Both the position numbers and the translations under genes were made by a program. A DNA stretch of 64,000 nt, taken from the NCBI GenBank assembly GCA_963713855.1, contig OY970209.1, positions 1 through 64,000 on the forward strand. The letters run 5' to 3'. The notes under the pieces were generated by a model that was not told the DNA's origin, did no database searches, and saw nothing but the letters and a program-made list of their open reading frames with translations. The DNA comes from an uncultured bacterium. Lineage in GTDB: Bacteria; Babelota; Babeliae; Babelales; Babelaceae. Position 1 is the stretch's first letter, and each line of letters begins with the position of its first letter. Positions 30,682-43,011 of the stretch are shown in pieces.

Positions 30682-31922
30682 AACAAGTGGCAGCCCACAT
30701 TGCCCGTAGTTTGGGTACCTAATGCCACCGGTAATGTTGAACTCTGATTAGAGGGCACTGTCTGCCCCAAACCTCCCATGGACCTCATTGCACTCTCTGT
30801 TGCAAGCAATTCATGTATTTCGCGATAGACAGGATTAATTCCCGGATTAATCCTGTGATCTCGTCTTACTATCAATGCCATGCGATTAAAGGCTGTCCGT
30901 AGATCAATCCGCCTACGAGACTGGTCCCAACTCAACATATAACGTACGACGCCTGTGTGCCTTCTTCTTGCCGCTATGTCCATCGCTGCGGCAAGACTTC
31001 CGGACGATAGCTCATCGCCATTTCTTTCAATGATCCTATCAACATAGGTAAGATTTCCCCTTCGGGCTGCAGCTATAAGAGCGTCATCGAGCGATACATA
31101 GTCGCTAAAATGTTCAAGAATATAATCAGAAATTCTGGTTTCACCTTGAACTATGCTGATTAAAAAAATTTCGTTCAACCTACTCTGCAAGGCCTCATTT
31201 TCTAAAACCGATGGATTAGTAAGTTCAATGAGTAACCTTTGAGCAGTATCTCTATCGTGAAAAACTATCGACTGTATGATGGGATCATTGTTAAAGGCGT
31301 CTAAAACAAGCGATTCTGTGCCCACGCGTCTTGTGAAATTTAGATCAGCGCCGTACTCAACTAAAAGCCTAATTATTTTTCTTCTTGTGGCTTCGTCCAC
31401 GAATACAACAACATCTTCAGGAAACTCACTACCAAAAACTTCATTGTGGATCATCGCATCAGGACTACCACCAGCTTCCAGAAAGAGCTGTATCGTTTGG
31501 GCATTCGCTGTACGCAAAGGAAAACCATGGGAAGGGTCAGCACCTGCTTCAAGAACTAGTTTGACAAGCTCGGAACTCTCATTATTCAATACCGTGACGA
31601 GCAAAAATTGATTTCCTATACGGCGATTAAGAAGAACTCCGGCGTCAATAAGCATTTTTACGATCGCAATTTTCTTAGTTAGATTTACTGATTTAGGTGA
31701 GTCAACCAAAATATATTGAAGCAGTCTATCATAATGTACGTTCCCATCATCTATCGCTTCTCTTATCCCTCGAAGATCCATAACTATCAATTGTTCCGGT
31801 TCTAAAGAAAATTCTTGCTCCATGCCCTTTAAGTGCGTAAAATTCGCAAGAAATAGCAAAACCAATGCAATCATTTTTAAGCTGCCATACGTAATCATAA
31901 TCTTCCCCAGCCTTAACATCAA
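30678..31922 (-). CDS. Secreted ankyrin-repeat protein
   Basis: Signal segment ending LKG-ME; repeats VKLVLEAGADP, IRLLVEYGADLN, LIAAARRGNL, AARRRHTGVVRYML; true start may be a downstream Met. Confidence 0.82.
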   Translation of the reverse strand: MMLRLGKIMITYGSLKMIALVLLFLANFTHLKGMEQEFSLEPEQLIVMDLRGIREAIDDGNVHYDRLLQYILVDSPKSVNLTKKIAIVKMLIDAGVLLNRRIGNQFLLVTVLNNESSELVKLVLEAGADPSHGFPLRTANAQTIQLFLEAGGSPDAMIHNEVFGSEFPEDVVVFVDEATRRKIIRLLVEYGADLNFTRRVGTESLVLDAFNNDPIIQSIVFHDRDTAQRLLIELTNPSVLENEALQSRLNEIFLISIVQGETRISDYILEHFSDYVSLDDALIAAARRGNLTYVDRIIERNGDELSSGSLAAAMDIAARRRHTGVVRYMLSWDQSRRRIDLRTAFNRMALIVRRDHRINPGINPVYREIHELLATESAMRSMGGLGQTVPSNQSSTLPVALGTQTTGNVGCHLF

Positions 31923-32049
31923 TCACTGTGCATGTATGAGTAACTTAAGCGCAAATATCTTAAACGTCAAATATATGGAAAAGCGAGATTCATTGATAAG
32001 CAAATATCGAGAAAGGAAAAGAGCAAATTTTTTTTGCTTAAGCCTTATT

Positions 32050-32081
32050 GCATGTCTGTAAACTGGACATTACAGACATGC
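32050..32081. terminator. Perfect 12-bp stem-loop downstream of the glycosyltransferase gene
   Basis: GCATGTCTGTAA-ACTGGACA-TTACAGACATGC. Confidence 0.55.
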
Positions 32082-32163
32082 TCTCTGTTTTTAGATATGC
32101 GATCAGCCAACTTCTCATGAGCATCTTGAGTTCAAAAAGGTATTATCTTTGCCAATCCCTACC

Positions 32164-34302
32164 TTAGTCAAATAGCTTCTCTAATGGCTTATATGAACGT
32201 TTTTGCCTGACACTGAGGCCCAAAGCAAATTGCAAATCGCGATTAATATCATGATCATTGATAGGATTAGATAAGTTATATTCATAAAGAACTCTCGAAA
32301 TAAAGCGACTATGCTTTCCTGCCATTTCAAGCACGGGAAACATGATAGCAAAATCCCAACCCATCGAATAATAAGCACCATTATATAAAATGTCTTCACG
32401 GTCAATCTTCTGAAAGAGCCCTGCATAGAAAGTTCGCAAAGCGGTTGCAGTAAAATTCTCTCGCCTAAAAGAATTTTCTTCAATAACGGTATCTTCTATT
32501 TCTGCACCCCATCCGTGATCTCCGCTCGGCCAATATCTAAATTGTCCATAAGTCATCCAAACTTCAGGATCTTGATAGGCAAAATTGACATAAGAAAGCA
32601 CCCCATCATCTGAAAGCCAATCATCTCCATCAAGATTAACAACAATTGAACGAGGATCACAAAAATGCACCGCTTTATAGATATTAGCAAGTGCCCCCTG
32701 CCTTTCTAGGTTTTTAATAACAATACAGCGGTCTGACCAGCCTTTCTGCTTAATATAATCTTCAACCAATGATCCTGTGCCATCAGGTGAAGCGTCATCA
32801 ATGTACATTATTTTGATCTTGTTGGCCGGGTATTTTTGATTAAAGACAGAATCAAGATTTTTTTGATACCAGATTTTATTATTATATGAGGGTATTACAA
32901 CGACTATTGGCTTATAATCTACTTTTTCCTGTGCTTCAAGGCTGCTTATATGCCTATCTAAATTACCATATAAATGATTCATGTACGGATAGGTTTTTAT
33001 AAGACGTTGTACAACCTGTGCGGCTAAAGCGCAGTCGTTACTGCGGTAACATGCGCTTGCGCCAAGTAAATTATAACGCGTGTAATCGTACGCATATTTT
33101 TCAACAAAAAGCGTATCCTGCGTATCAGCAATCTCACACGCTTTTTTTGCAAAGACGTATCCGAGTTGCCACAGGTTATTATCGATGTAATATTCGGAAA
33201 TACGCACCAAAGGTTCAGCACGCTCAGGCCGCATATCATACGCTTCCAAATAATGACTTAATGCCATATCCCAAGTATAAGCATTATTTGTTTGAGCAAG
33301 CTTTGCCGTCAATTTCCCGAGACTATACTTTGCGTAAAAGTCTTCCTGATCATAACCTTTAAGCTTTGACCGCAGTTTAAAATAATAAATAGCTTCTTCA
33401 AAGCGTTCAAGAGCCTCATACGTACGAGCCAAATAAAATAAGTTGCGTGCACTCAAAGGATCTTGGCGATAATTTTCAAGAAAGTACTCAAGATCAGTTT
33501 CCCAACGTTTTTTAGTCTTTTCTTGGCCTTGTTGGTCCGGCCGGTATTCAAAATAAACCGAATCAGGAACTTTTTGATCTACGACAGGAACAAGCGCCTC
33601 ATGACGCCCCCCCAAATAACGAGACCCTGCCTTACATCGAATTAAGCGTGATTGAAAATTTGATTTATAAGAATCGCCAATGTTTATTTGATACGAAGAG
33701 CATCCTGCGGGTTTGCCGTCGCACATTTGATCATTTGCATGAGCCTTACAAAATTCCACTAACTTATCCGCATCATGCAAGTACCATTCCGCATCAAGCA
33801 TAAGCATAAAAGCCGCATTCGGAAAATAGTGCTCCACTAACTCAATAGCTCGATTACGTCCAACGTCGAAAGGAAACCACTTAAATGGCTTTTGCGAAAA
33901 TGGCCCCACTCTGTCAGCAAATGGCTCATGTTTGATACTATAATAAGGTACTTTTTCTTCCTTCAAATATGCCGACGCCACTTGGCCTGTTTGATCAGTT
34001 TTTGGTCCTGTTACATAAACCAAAAAAGCCTCTATTCCGCCTTTAACCAAGGGAGATAGTGTTTTTTGAATAGTCTGTTCCTCATTAGCCACCATAATGA
34101 CAGCTACAACGGGTAAGTGATGAGTAATAATCGCAGGAGCAGATGTATCATTTTTTTTTAAAAAAGCAGAAAAGCTATCGTTTTCATAAGAAAAAAATTC
34201 GTCATTTGGATAACAAATCTTCTCTTCAGAAAGCGTCAAATGAATGAACAAAAAGAGAGCTAAACTAATCTTCGTAAACAAATAGCTATTCATAAAAAAC
34301 AC
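32164..34302 (-). CDS. Multidomain glycosyltransferase: signal peptide - GT2/GT-A - TPR - GT2
   Basis: Domain 1 IMVANEEQTI...LMLDAEW...HE; TPR helices (RNLFYLARTYEAL, RPERAEPLVRI); domain 2 VVIPSYNN...YIDDASPDGT...LDGDDW. Confidence 0.88.
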   Translation of the reverse strand: MFFMNSYLFTKISLALFLFIHLTLSEEKICYPNDEFFSYENDSFSAFLKKNDTSAPAIITHHLPVVAVIMVANEEQTIQKTLSPLVKGGIEAFLVYVTGPKTDQTGQVASAYLKEEKVPYYSIKHEPFADRVGPFSQKPFKWFPFDVGRNRAIELVEHYFPNAAFMLMLDAEWYLHDADKLVEFCKAHANDQMCDGKPAGCSSYQINIGDSYKSNFQSRLIRCKAGSRYLGGRHEALVPVVDQKVPDSVYFEYRPDQQGQEKTKKRWETDLEYFLENYRQDPLSARNLFYLARTYEALERFEEAIYYFKLRSKLKGYDQEDFYAKYSLGKLTAKLAQTNNAYTWDMALSHYLEAYDMRPERAEPLVRISEYYIDNNLWQLGYVFAKKACEIADTQDTLFVEKYAYDYTRYNLLGASACYRSNDCALAAQVVQRLIKTYPYMNHLYGNLDRHISSLEAQEKVDYKPIVVVIPSYNNKIWYQKNLDSVFNQKYPANKIKIMYIDDASPDGTGSLVEDYIKQKGWSDRCIVIKNLERQGALANIYKAVHFCDPRSIVVNLDGDDWLSDDGVLSYVNFAYQDPEVWMTYGQFRYWPSGDHGWGAEIEDTVIEENSFRRENFTATALRTFYAGLFQKIDREDILYNGAYYSMGWDFAIMFPVLEMAGKHSRFISRVLYEYNLSNPINDHDINRDLQFALGLSVRQKRSYKPLEKLFD

Positions 34303-34380
34303 CCCTTAAACGGCTTCTCCATTATAGCTGCTGGCAAAAAAGAGTATATATTTTTTAGGGAATCTAGTGATTATTATGAT

Positions 34381-34420
34381 AAGAAAGAAAATGCCCTGGA
34401 CATTACTGTCCAGGGCATTT
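34381..34420 (-). terminator. Intrinsic terminator after the collagen-like gene
   Basis: 14-bp perfect stem AAATGCCCTGGACA-TTAC-TGTCCAGGGCATTT followed by a T-rich tail on the minus strand. Confidence 0.8.
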
Positions 34421-34446
34421 CAAAAGCGATCGAGCTTAAACTCATT

Positions 34447-36438
<1,992 letters not shown>

Positions 36439-36625
36439 TTAAAGAATTATATTCATAGTTACAAAGCTTCTAGTTCTTGATGTATTGAATTCAGCGTTAG
36501 GTCCCATTTAATACAGAAATAAATTCAGCTAAAATTCTATTTTTGACCTCAATAATCTAAGATTAGAGCAACACCTGATAGCTGCTCTTACGATTTTTTA
36601 GAAAGCGTCTGAGATAATGAACGTC

Positions 36626-37495
36626 TTATTCTTGACCTTCTAAGGCAAATTCATGGAGCCAAGGCTCTTTATTGAAATGAGAAACATCTTCAGCAAAGCT
36701 TATTCGACCATACATCTCTCGCGTGTCAAGATATTGAGCAATTCCCTGCTTTCGTGCAACATCACTAAAAATAACGTACTCATAGCGATAGCTGTCATCA
36801 TCATAAGAAACCTTGTTAAGAACCTCATGTCTTACAAGATACGTACAATGCACTACAGGTACTTCGACTAATCCTTTGATTTCTTGTGACAAAAGCGGGA
36901 TATAAAACGGTGAATTTTCATAATACCCATTACGATCGATCGCAGCATGATAGTTTGAATAGAGAGAATTGCCGCCCATCCTAAGCAATGGCGCTACTAT
37001 CGGTAAATTGGATTCAACAAGCGCTGTAATAGTGTTAGGCTGAATAAAATTGTCGCAATCAGACACAAAATAATGGGACCCATGTTCAAATGCCCAAGTC
37101 ACCGACTTTTGTCGAATGCGACCTAAAACTTTAAAACGTTCACTATTCCACTCGTGTTGGCCGTATCGTTGAACTGGTGTTTCGACATCCGTATCATCAA
37201 AAAAAACTTCTGCATAATCTTCAGCCACCTTAGCAATCCACTCGCGAAGAACTTGAGCGGTGGTATCATTATTATTGTTAGTCCGTATATAAAGGTAGGT
37301 CTGTTTTTTAGGCCAGGCCTGATTTTGAATACACGAAAGATATAGTGGCAATGTATGAGCCTTATCTTTAGCAAGGATAGCAATCGTAACAAAATCATTT
37401 TTGAATAACTGCTCTGGAAAAACGTCTGCGTTACAGTAACTAATGGCCACAAATACTGTGAACATAAAAATAGAAAAACATCCTTTAAACATCAC
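36626..37495 (-). CDS. Secreted GT-A glycosyltransferase resembling the N-terminal domain of collagen galactosyltransferase COLGALT1
   Basis: IAILAKDKAHTLPLYL, YIRTNNNNDTTAQVLREWI, DCD (DxD), IVAPLL, YSNY, GYY, VPVVHCTYLV match the recalled COLGALT1/CERCAM N-domain pattern. Confidence 0.8.
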   Translation of the reverse strand: MMFKGCFSIFMFTVFVAISYCNADVFPEQLFKNDFVTIAILAKDKAHTLPLYLSCIQNQAWPKKQTYLYIRTNNNNDTTAQVLREWIAKVAEDYAEVFFDDTDVETPVQRYGQHEWNSERFKVLGRIRQKSVTWAFEHGSHYFVSDCDNFIQPNTITALVESNLPIVAPLLRMGGNSLYSNYHAAIDRNGYYENSPFYIPLLSQEIKGLVEVPVVHCTYLVRHEVLNKVSYDDDSYRYEYVIFSDVARKQGIAQYLDTREMYGRISFAEDVSHFNKEPWLHEFALEGQE

Positions 37496-37741
37496 TAACC
37501 CAAATCATCTAAATAGAGTAACTCAACCTATTACTCTACTTTCTATAGCAAAAATATAAGCCTTTATCTATACGCTACATTTAAACAACTCAAGGTCCAG
37601 TAAGTGTAATACTGTAAAGGCGGATCGTCTGTTTGACGCAAAACTATCAATCAATTGACATTACTTAACAAACGCTATGTACTTAACCTTAAAGAAATGC
37701 AATAATTTTTCAAGAATACTATTTACACAAAAGGAGTATTT

Positions 37742-38245
37742 GTGAAGATTTCCTTACCACTGCTTCATACATTTGCTTTATTAATGAGCGTCAACTCAAT
37801 TGCAAACGGCGCAGATATCAATAATCATGAGTTGGATGATATATCGCTATCCTCTGATTCACCATCCAATTGTAAGCCTGGAGTGGAGCTTATTATGGCT
37901 TCACCAAATCCGATCTGCTTTGGCACAAGAACCTCTGTGGAGCTTAAAGCGTTCTTAACTGGCACACCTCCATTTAGAGTAAAGTGGTCGAATGGATTTA
38001 CGGAAGAAGTTGAATCTGTTTCGACTCAAACAGTTAAAGTTTGTGGAACAAAGATTTTTACTGTGTCGGTCGAGGATGCATCAGGATGTCAATCTGCAGC
38101 AGAAATTACCGTCTTTGAAGCAAAAGATAGTGGGCGAGAGAGCGAGAACATTGAAGCCATGCGAGAAAAATATTGCACAAGATGCCACTGTCAAATACAC
38201 AGCTCAGACACTGACAGCGACACTTCAGATACCTTTGATAGCTAA
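37742..38245 (+). CDS. Secreted Cys-rich protein with one Ig/PKD-like repeat
   Basis: AAGGAG RBS, signal peptide, ASPNPICFG...GTPPFRVKWSNG...FTVSVEDASGC. Confidence 0.7.
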   Translation: MKISLPLLHTFALLMSVNSIANGADINNHELDDISLSSDSPSNCKPGVELIMASPNPICFGTRTSVELKAFLTGTPPFRVKWSNGFTEEVESVSTQTVKVCGTKIFTVSVEDASGCQSAAEITVFEAKDSGRESENIEAMREKYCTRCHCQIHSSDTDSDTSDTFDS

Positions 38246-38263
38246 GAGTCTTTAAAAAGATTG

Positions 38264-39718
38264 CTAAAATGCTAAACCGCATTTGCCCCAAACTGACCAC
38301 TGATTGAGAAGATTTCTGCTACCAAATTCGTAAGAAGAACCAAAGCCCAATAATAGTGAGTAACATTCTTGATCAAAAGTATAGCCTACTGCACCATATA
38401 TACGATTAGCCAGTACATTGGGTTGTTCTGCAGAATGTCTATTTAAAGCATTTCTATCAATTTTTGTAAACTTCTCATCATCCTTTGTGGCGCGTGAACC
38501 GGTAACTCCCTGATTAATTTTCGCACTACTTGAGCTTGTAACAGGTAATGCGCAAAGATTTAATGACTGTATACCAAGTCTCTCATTTTCAAATGCTATA
38601 TTTTCAATTCTTTCAGCTTGTCGCCACCAAAGATCGTAACCGAGCTCGAAATTGAAATTGCAGCGGCGATAATGAGCTGCTAACCAAAAATCAATTCGAC
38701 TCTGAGGCTTTACCCTCGCAGGTACGGTAAAGAAGTTGATACCAGGTTTTGAATTTACCCTTTCACAAGTATCAACAACTAAAAGATATCGTGACCAGTC
38801 ACCATTCTTAGTTAAGTCGAAAGGTCGAATTTCCGTTCCGGGAAATACATAGAGATATTTAAAATCGGCCATAATATTAAACTCTTTATTATCACAAGCG
38901 TATAAAGACTGGTCACCATTAAAACCAAATCCAACGCTGCCGTGTCTTGAACCAACCAATGGCTCGAATAAAGCACGACCCGTTCTACGAGACCCAGTTG
39001 GCGCGGTTCCTACCAAATAAGCGGTTGCGTGCTGGCAAGGTGTCTTATAAAAGTCATAACCTAGTTTAAACTGCACATCATCGACACCAGTTCTTTTTTG
39101 CTCATGGCAAGGTAATCTACCAGCCTCCCATCTAGGATTATTAAAAGCGTCACAGGCATTTTCAAATCCTGGTAATATGCCCCGAGTGTTTCTATCGTTT
39201 TCCTTAACATGCAGGTTGTGCTTAACACGCACAATAGCTGTGTTAACTCCAAGCCACCAACGATAAGACATATTAAAATACCAAGTAAGAACACCACCTG
39301 TAACTGTTCGCTCTGGGCGAAGGCACACTTTTGATTGGTAAAGTTCACCCTTTTTTGCAATAAGATTAAACCATAAAGGATCGATATCGCCGCCTCCATT
39401 TTCTCGCAATGTCATACAGTGTTTGTTGTGTGGGAGAAAATAACGGGCTAATTTCTCTCCATGTGCTGAGTGTATAAAAAGAGGCGTAAACGAAAAATAA
39501 GCATGCATATCCGGGATGCTATGATACCGATGATAATTAGTTAATGCTAATTCATACATCGAATCGGTACTTAGTAACCGGGGAACAAAAAAGGTTCGAC
39601 TGTGGTTAGCAAAGCTTGTACCACAGCAGAACTGAATGAACAGACATATTAGTAGTTTTTGTATAGCTTTCATTGAATCTCTTGCCATTTTTAAACCTGG
39701 GGGGAATCGTAGCAACAA
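38264..39718 (-). CDS. Cys-rich outer-membrane beta-barrel-like protein (paralog family member 1)
   Basis: Signal peptide (start probably 39688 or 39673), LGYDF, APTG...LFEPLVG, SRYLL, C-terminal WSVWGKCGLAF. Confidence 0.75.
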   Translation of the reverse strand: MLLRFPPGLKMARDSMKAIQKLLICLFIQFCCGTSFANHSRTFFVPRLLSTDSMYELALTNYHRYHSIPDMHAYFSFTPLFIHSAHGEKLARYFLPHNKHCMTLRENGGGDIDPLWFNLIAKKGELYQSKVCLRPERTVTGGVLTWYFNMSYRWWLGVNTAIVRVKHNLHVKENDRNTRGILPGFENACDAFNNPRWEAGRLPCHEQKRTGVDDVQFKLGYDFYKTPCQHATAYLVGTAPTGSRRTGRALFEPLVGSRHGSVGFGFNGDQSLYACDNKEFNIMADFKYLYVFPGTEIRPFDLTKNGDWSRYLLVVDTCERVNSKPGINFFTVPARVKPQSRIDFWLAAHYRRCNFNFELGYDLWWRQAERIENIAFENERLGIQSLNLCALPVTSSSSAKINQGVTGSRATKDDEKFTKIDRNALNRHSAEQPNVLANRIYGAVGYTFDQECYSLLLGFGSSYEFGSRNLLNQWSVWGKCGLAF

Positions 39719-39879
39719 AAGTGTCTTGAGTTCAAGAATCTTACAGAATTTTTATCTTGCTCAGATAATAGATACGTCATTATCGATCTTTCTTGAAGTT
39801 TTATTTAAATCAAAGGTGTTAAATAGTTCATATTTTGAAACTCCATCGTTACTAGACCTTCTGTGCAATTACTACTAAA

Positions 39880-40521
39880 ATGGTTTTAAGGGAGGTTTTA
39901 ACTCTTTCAAAGCGAAAACTGATGACGATTGCTTACTTTAATGTTTTTCGAATCATACTATGTCTAACATTTGCAAGCTCTATTTATGGTCAAGAATCAG
40001 CATTGAGTCAAATTATGACTGCTATTAAAGGACAAGACTTTCAAGATTTAAAAGCTTTTCTAATTCAGCATCAGGATCAGCTCAGCATCGAAGATCAAAA
40101 GATAATTGCAAAATATGCAACTAATTTTAGAGATATATCAGATAAAAATGCTTGGTTTTCATCTGATACAAAGAAAGAGATCTCAGCCATCTTATGCCTC
40201 TTGGCTTTTTGCGTCGGTGGAGCACTTGCTGGTAAGCTCGTTGTGCAAGCACTATTTATTATGTTTTTTTATGACGTCTCGCCCAATAACCATCGATCTG
40301 CTCCCTTCATTGCAGATGTCCACGAATTTCGACGCTTTGTTAAAGATCCATTTACTTATCTAATTACTTTAAGCGCTTTTTCTCTCCTCATTGCAGGTTT
40401 GGCTGTTGGATATGATAATCTCACAGGTTATTATAGTGAAAAAGAACGTTTTATTCAGAACTTTATATATAATAACTTACCGTACTTTAAGAAGCAGTTA
40501 TCAGCTAATACCTACGTGTAA
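39880..40521 (+). CDS. Hypothetical membrane protein
   Basis: Signal-like N-terminus and two further hydrophobic segments. Confidence 0.65.
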   Translation: MVLREVLTLSKRKLMTIAYFNVFRIILCLTFASSIYGQESALSQIMTAIKGQDFQDLKAFLIQHQDQLSIEDQKIIAKYATNFRDISDKNAWFSSDTKKEISAILCLLAFCVGGALAGKLVVQALFIMFFYDVSPNNHRSAPFIADVHEFRRFVKDPFTYLITLSAFSLLIAGLAVGYDNLTGYYSEKERFIQNFIYNNLPYFKKQLSANTYV

Positions 40522-40758
40522 AAAGGACGCGATAGCTGCACTAATACTGATGAACTCTATTCGTTCTTTTCGAGTATTGCAAAATTATTAAACCAACTAA
40601 TTTTTGCAGATAGCGTCTGCAGTTTTTCTTTGGGCGTATAGGAAATATAATCGTAATCGGGTTAAGAAGGAAGATCCCACTAAAAAATAGTAAATGCTTT
40701 TTGGCTTATGATATGCTTCTGGGCAACAGCCGCAGAACTTCACTAAAGAAAGAAATGT

Positions 40759-42048
40759 ATGAAAGCAATCCTTAATCCTCAAGATTTTGTCTTTTGGTCT
40801 ATGAAAGATAGTCTACAACCTCCTTTAAGAAAGACCTTGACGGTTGATGTGGTTGTGGTAGGAGGAGGAATGGCTGGATTGAGTGCTGCTCAAGCATTTA
40901 CTGAGCAAGGAGCTTCTGTCGCCCTTGTAGAAAAAAACTATTGTGGAGCAGGTGCCACAGGTAAAAGCTCAGCTTTTATTATCCCTAATCCCGAATTTAC
41001 GCTTGCTGACCTCATTCGGCTTTATGGTCCTAAAGACGCTGATACGTTATGGAAACTTGTAGCACGGGGTATCGAACATATACGATCGACGATTGAAACG
41101 TACAGTCTTTCTTGTGATTATATTCAACAAGACGCATTCTTAGTTGCGCTTAGTCAACATGCAGTAAACACTATATTGAAGCCTAACCAAGCAGCCTACG
41201 ACAAGCTATCTTATAAGAGTACCTTGTATACGCCTTCCGAGCTTTCTGAATATATCCGGTCTCCTTTGTATTACGGAGGCATACATTACCCAAACACTTT
41301 TTCAATTAATGGCTATCTTTACTGCCAAGAGCTCAAAAAAGCCCTCATTAAAAAAGGTGTGCTCATTTTCGAGGAAACTCCAGCAATAGAGCTTACTTCT
41401 GACGGCATTAAAACACCCGAAGGGCAGATCAAAGCACAGCATACTATCGTCTGCGTTGACCGTTTTATAACTAATTTAGGCAAACTCAAGCACGATGTAT
41501 ACCATATACAAACTTTTTTAACACTTTCTGAACCATTATCAGATAAGCAAGTCTATGCACTATTTCCTAAAGGTCCTTGCATGGTATGGGATACTAATAC
41601 CATCTACTATTACTATCGCCTAGCTGCAGGAAATCGATTACTTGTGGGCGGAGCTGATCTTTTAGCTTCGTACGCCCATCAAGAAAAGCATAATAATTAT
41701 CGACAAGGTGCGCGCCTTAGTTCCTATATAAAGCGTGCATTTCCACAGCTTTCAGTAGATTTCTCTTACCTCTGGCCTGGACTTTTAGGTATTAGTAAAG
41801 ATGTTATGCCGATTGCTTATAAAGACGAGACGATGCCAAACGTGTATTATATAAGCGCTGCAACGGGGGTAGCTTGGGCAGCGGCATTAGGCACTTATAG
41901 TGCACAGCGCATTCTCAATTCGGATGCGGATATAGATAGACTTTTCTCGGCCGCACGCTTTTCCATGTTAAGTAGAGTAGCATCGAAACTTTTAGGTGAT
42001 CCTTTAACGTTTGCGATCAATAATTTTCGTCGAGTTAGCACTTTGTAA
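40759..42048 (+). CDS. FAD-dependent oxidoreductase (DAO/PuuB-like)
   Basis: DVVVVGGGMAGLSAA Rossmann motif, GAGATGKSS, IFEETP, YYYRL...RLLVGG. Confidence 0.9.
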   Translation: MKAILNPQDFVFWSMKDSLQPPLRKTLTVDVVVVGGGMAGLSAAQAFTEQGASVALVEKNYCGAGATGKSSAFIIPNPEFTLADLIRLYGPKDADTLWKLVARGIEHIRSTIETYSLSCDYIQQDAFLVALSQHAVNTILKPNQAAYDKLSYKSTLYTPSELSEYIRSPLYYGGIHYPNTFSINGYLYCQELKKALIKKGVLIFEETPAIELTSDGIKTPEGQIKAQHTIVCVDRFITNLGKLKHDVYHIQTFLTLSEPLSDKQVYALFPKGPCMVWDTNTIYYYYRLAAGNRLLVGGADLLASYAHQEKHNNYRQGARLSSYIKRAFPQLSVDFSYLWPGLLGISKDVMPIAYKDETMPNVYYISAATGVAWAAALGTYSAQRILNSDADIDRLFSAARFSMLSRVASKLLGDPLTFAINNFRRVSTL

Positions 42049-42427
42049 TTCACCTAAATCGATCACTCTTTCATTTGGTTAGCACATTAGTTTTTTGTTT
42101 TAATGATTCCCGCGTTTGGTTTGAGCGCGCCCAGGATATATGACATTTAGCTTCTAATGTAATTGCTGCAATGAGTTAACTTTACTTACAACCCTTTTTA
42201 CCTGGAAGACAGCTTTTTTTTATTTACTCAACCAATGTTAATTCTGCGCTTCACTCAGTTTTACTAATTTAAATGAGCCATTTTGCTCAGTTATTTCAAA
42301 ATCGTCATCATAATTTACATCAACAGGACTGTTGGCAGTCTTTTAACATATTGTTGATCTAGTAGTGATCAACGCCATCACGCTTTCTACTTCGCTCGTA
42401 GAACTTAGCGGAACGAGTTGGCGAAGT

Positions 42428-42502
42428 TGGCTGGGGCGGAAGGATTCGAACCTCCGAATGCCAGGACCAAAACCTGGTGCCTTACCGCTTGGCTACGCCC
42501 CA
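42428..42502 (-). tRNA. tRNA-Gln (anticodon TTG)
   Basis: TGGGGCGTAGCCAAGCGGTAAGGCA-CCAGG-TTTTGGT-CCTGG-CATTCGGAGGTTCGAATCCTTCCGCCCCAGCCA; cloverleaf with encoded CCA. Confidence 0.97.
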
Positions 42503-42507
42503 AAAAT

Positions 42508-42771
42508 TTATAAACTTGATGCCGTTATTCCAAATTCATGAAGCACAGATTCTTCAATAGACTTGCGCATATCAGAATTGAGTGGATGGGCAACATCACG
42601 AAAACTACCATCCTTACGTCGCCGCGAAGGCATTGACACAAACAAGCCTTTATGCCCTTGGATAACCTTCAGATCGCGTATGATAAAGCTATCATCAAAA
42701 ATAATCGTCGCATAAGCCTTGAGCTTACCGGCTTCTTTTGATGGATAAACCTTTACTTCGGTAATTTTCAT
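42508..42771 (-). CDS. spoVG: SpoVG nucleic-acid-binding protein
   Basis: MKITEVKV, LKAYATIIFDDSFIIRDLKVI, GLFVSMPSR, FRDVAHP; alternative start at 42792. Confidence 0.95.
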   Translation of the reverse strand: MKITEVKVYPSKEAGKLKAYATIIFDDSFIIRDLKVIQGHKGLFVSMPSRRRKDGSFRDVAHPLNSDMRKSIEESVLHEFGITASSL

Positions 42772-43011
42772 CCCAGTCGCCTTATTCTTCATTCAACTGA
42801 TACCTTTTTGACGTTCGGCCTCTCTTCATCGCGCACACCATCGCTTGGTCTACGCAAAAGGCTAACCGTTTAAAACATATCAAATTAAAAGAACAAAGCA
42901 AGTAGCTTTTCTCGTACTGGTACGGGCTCACCAAACGGATGTAACCCAAAATACCCCTTTAACTAAAAGCTTATTCTACAAAATTCTAAAAAAAAAGTAT
43001 CTTTTTGTCAA

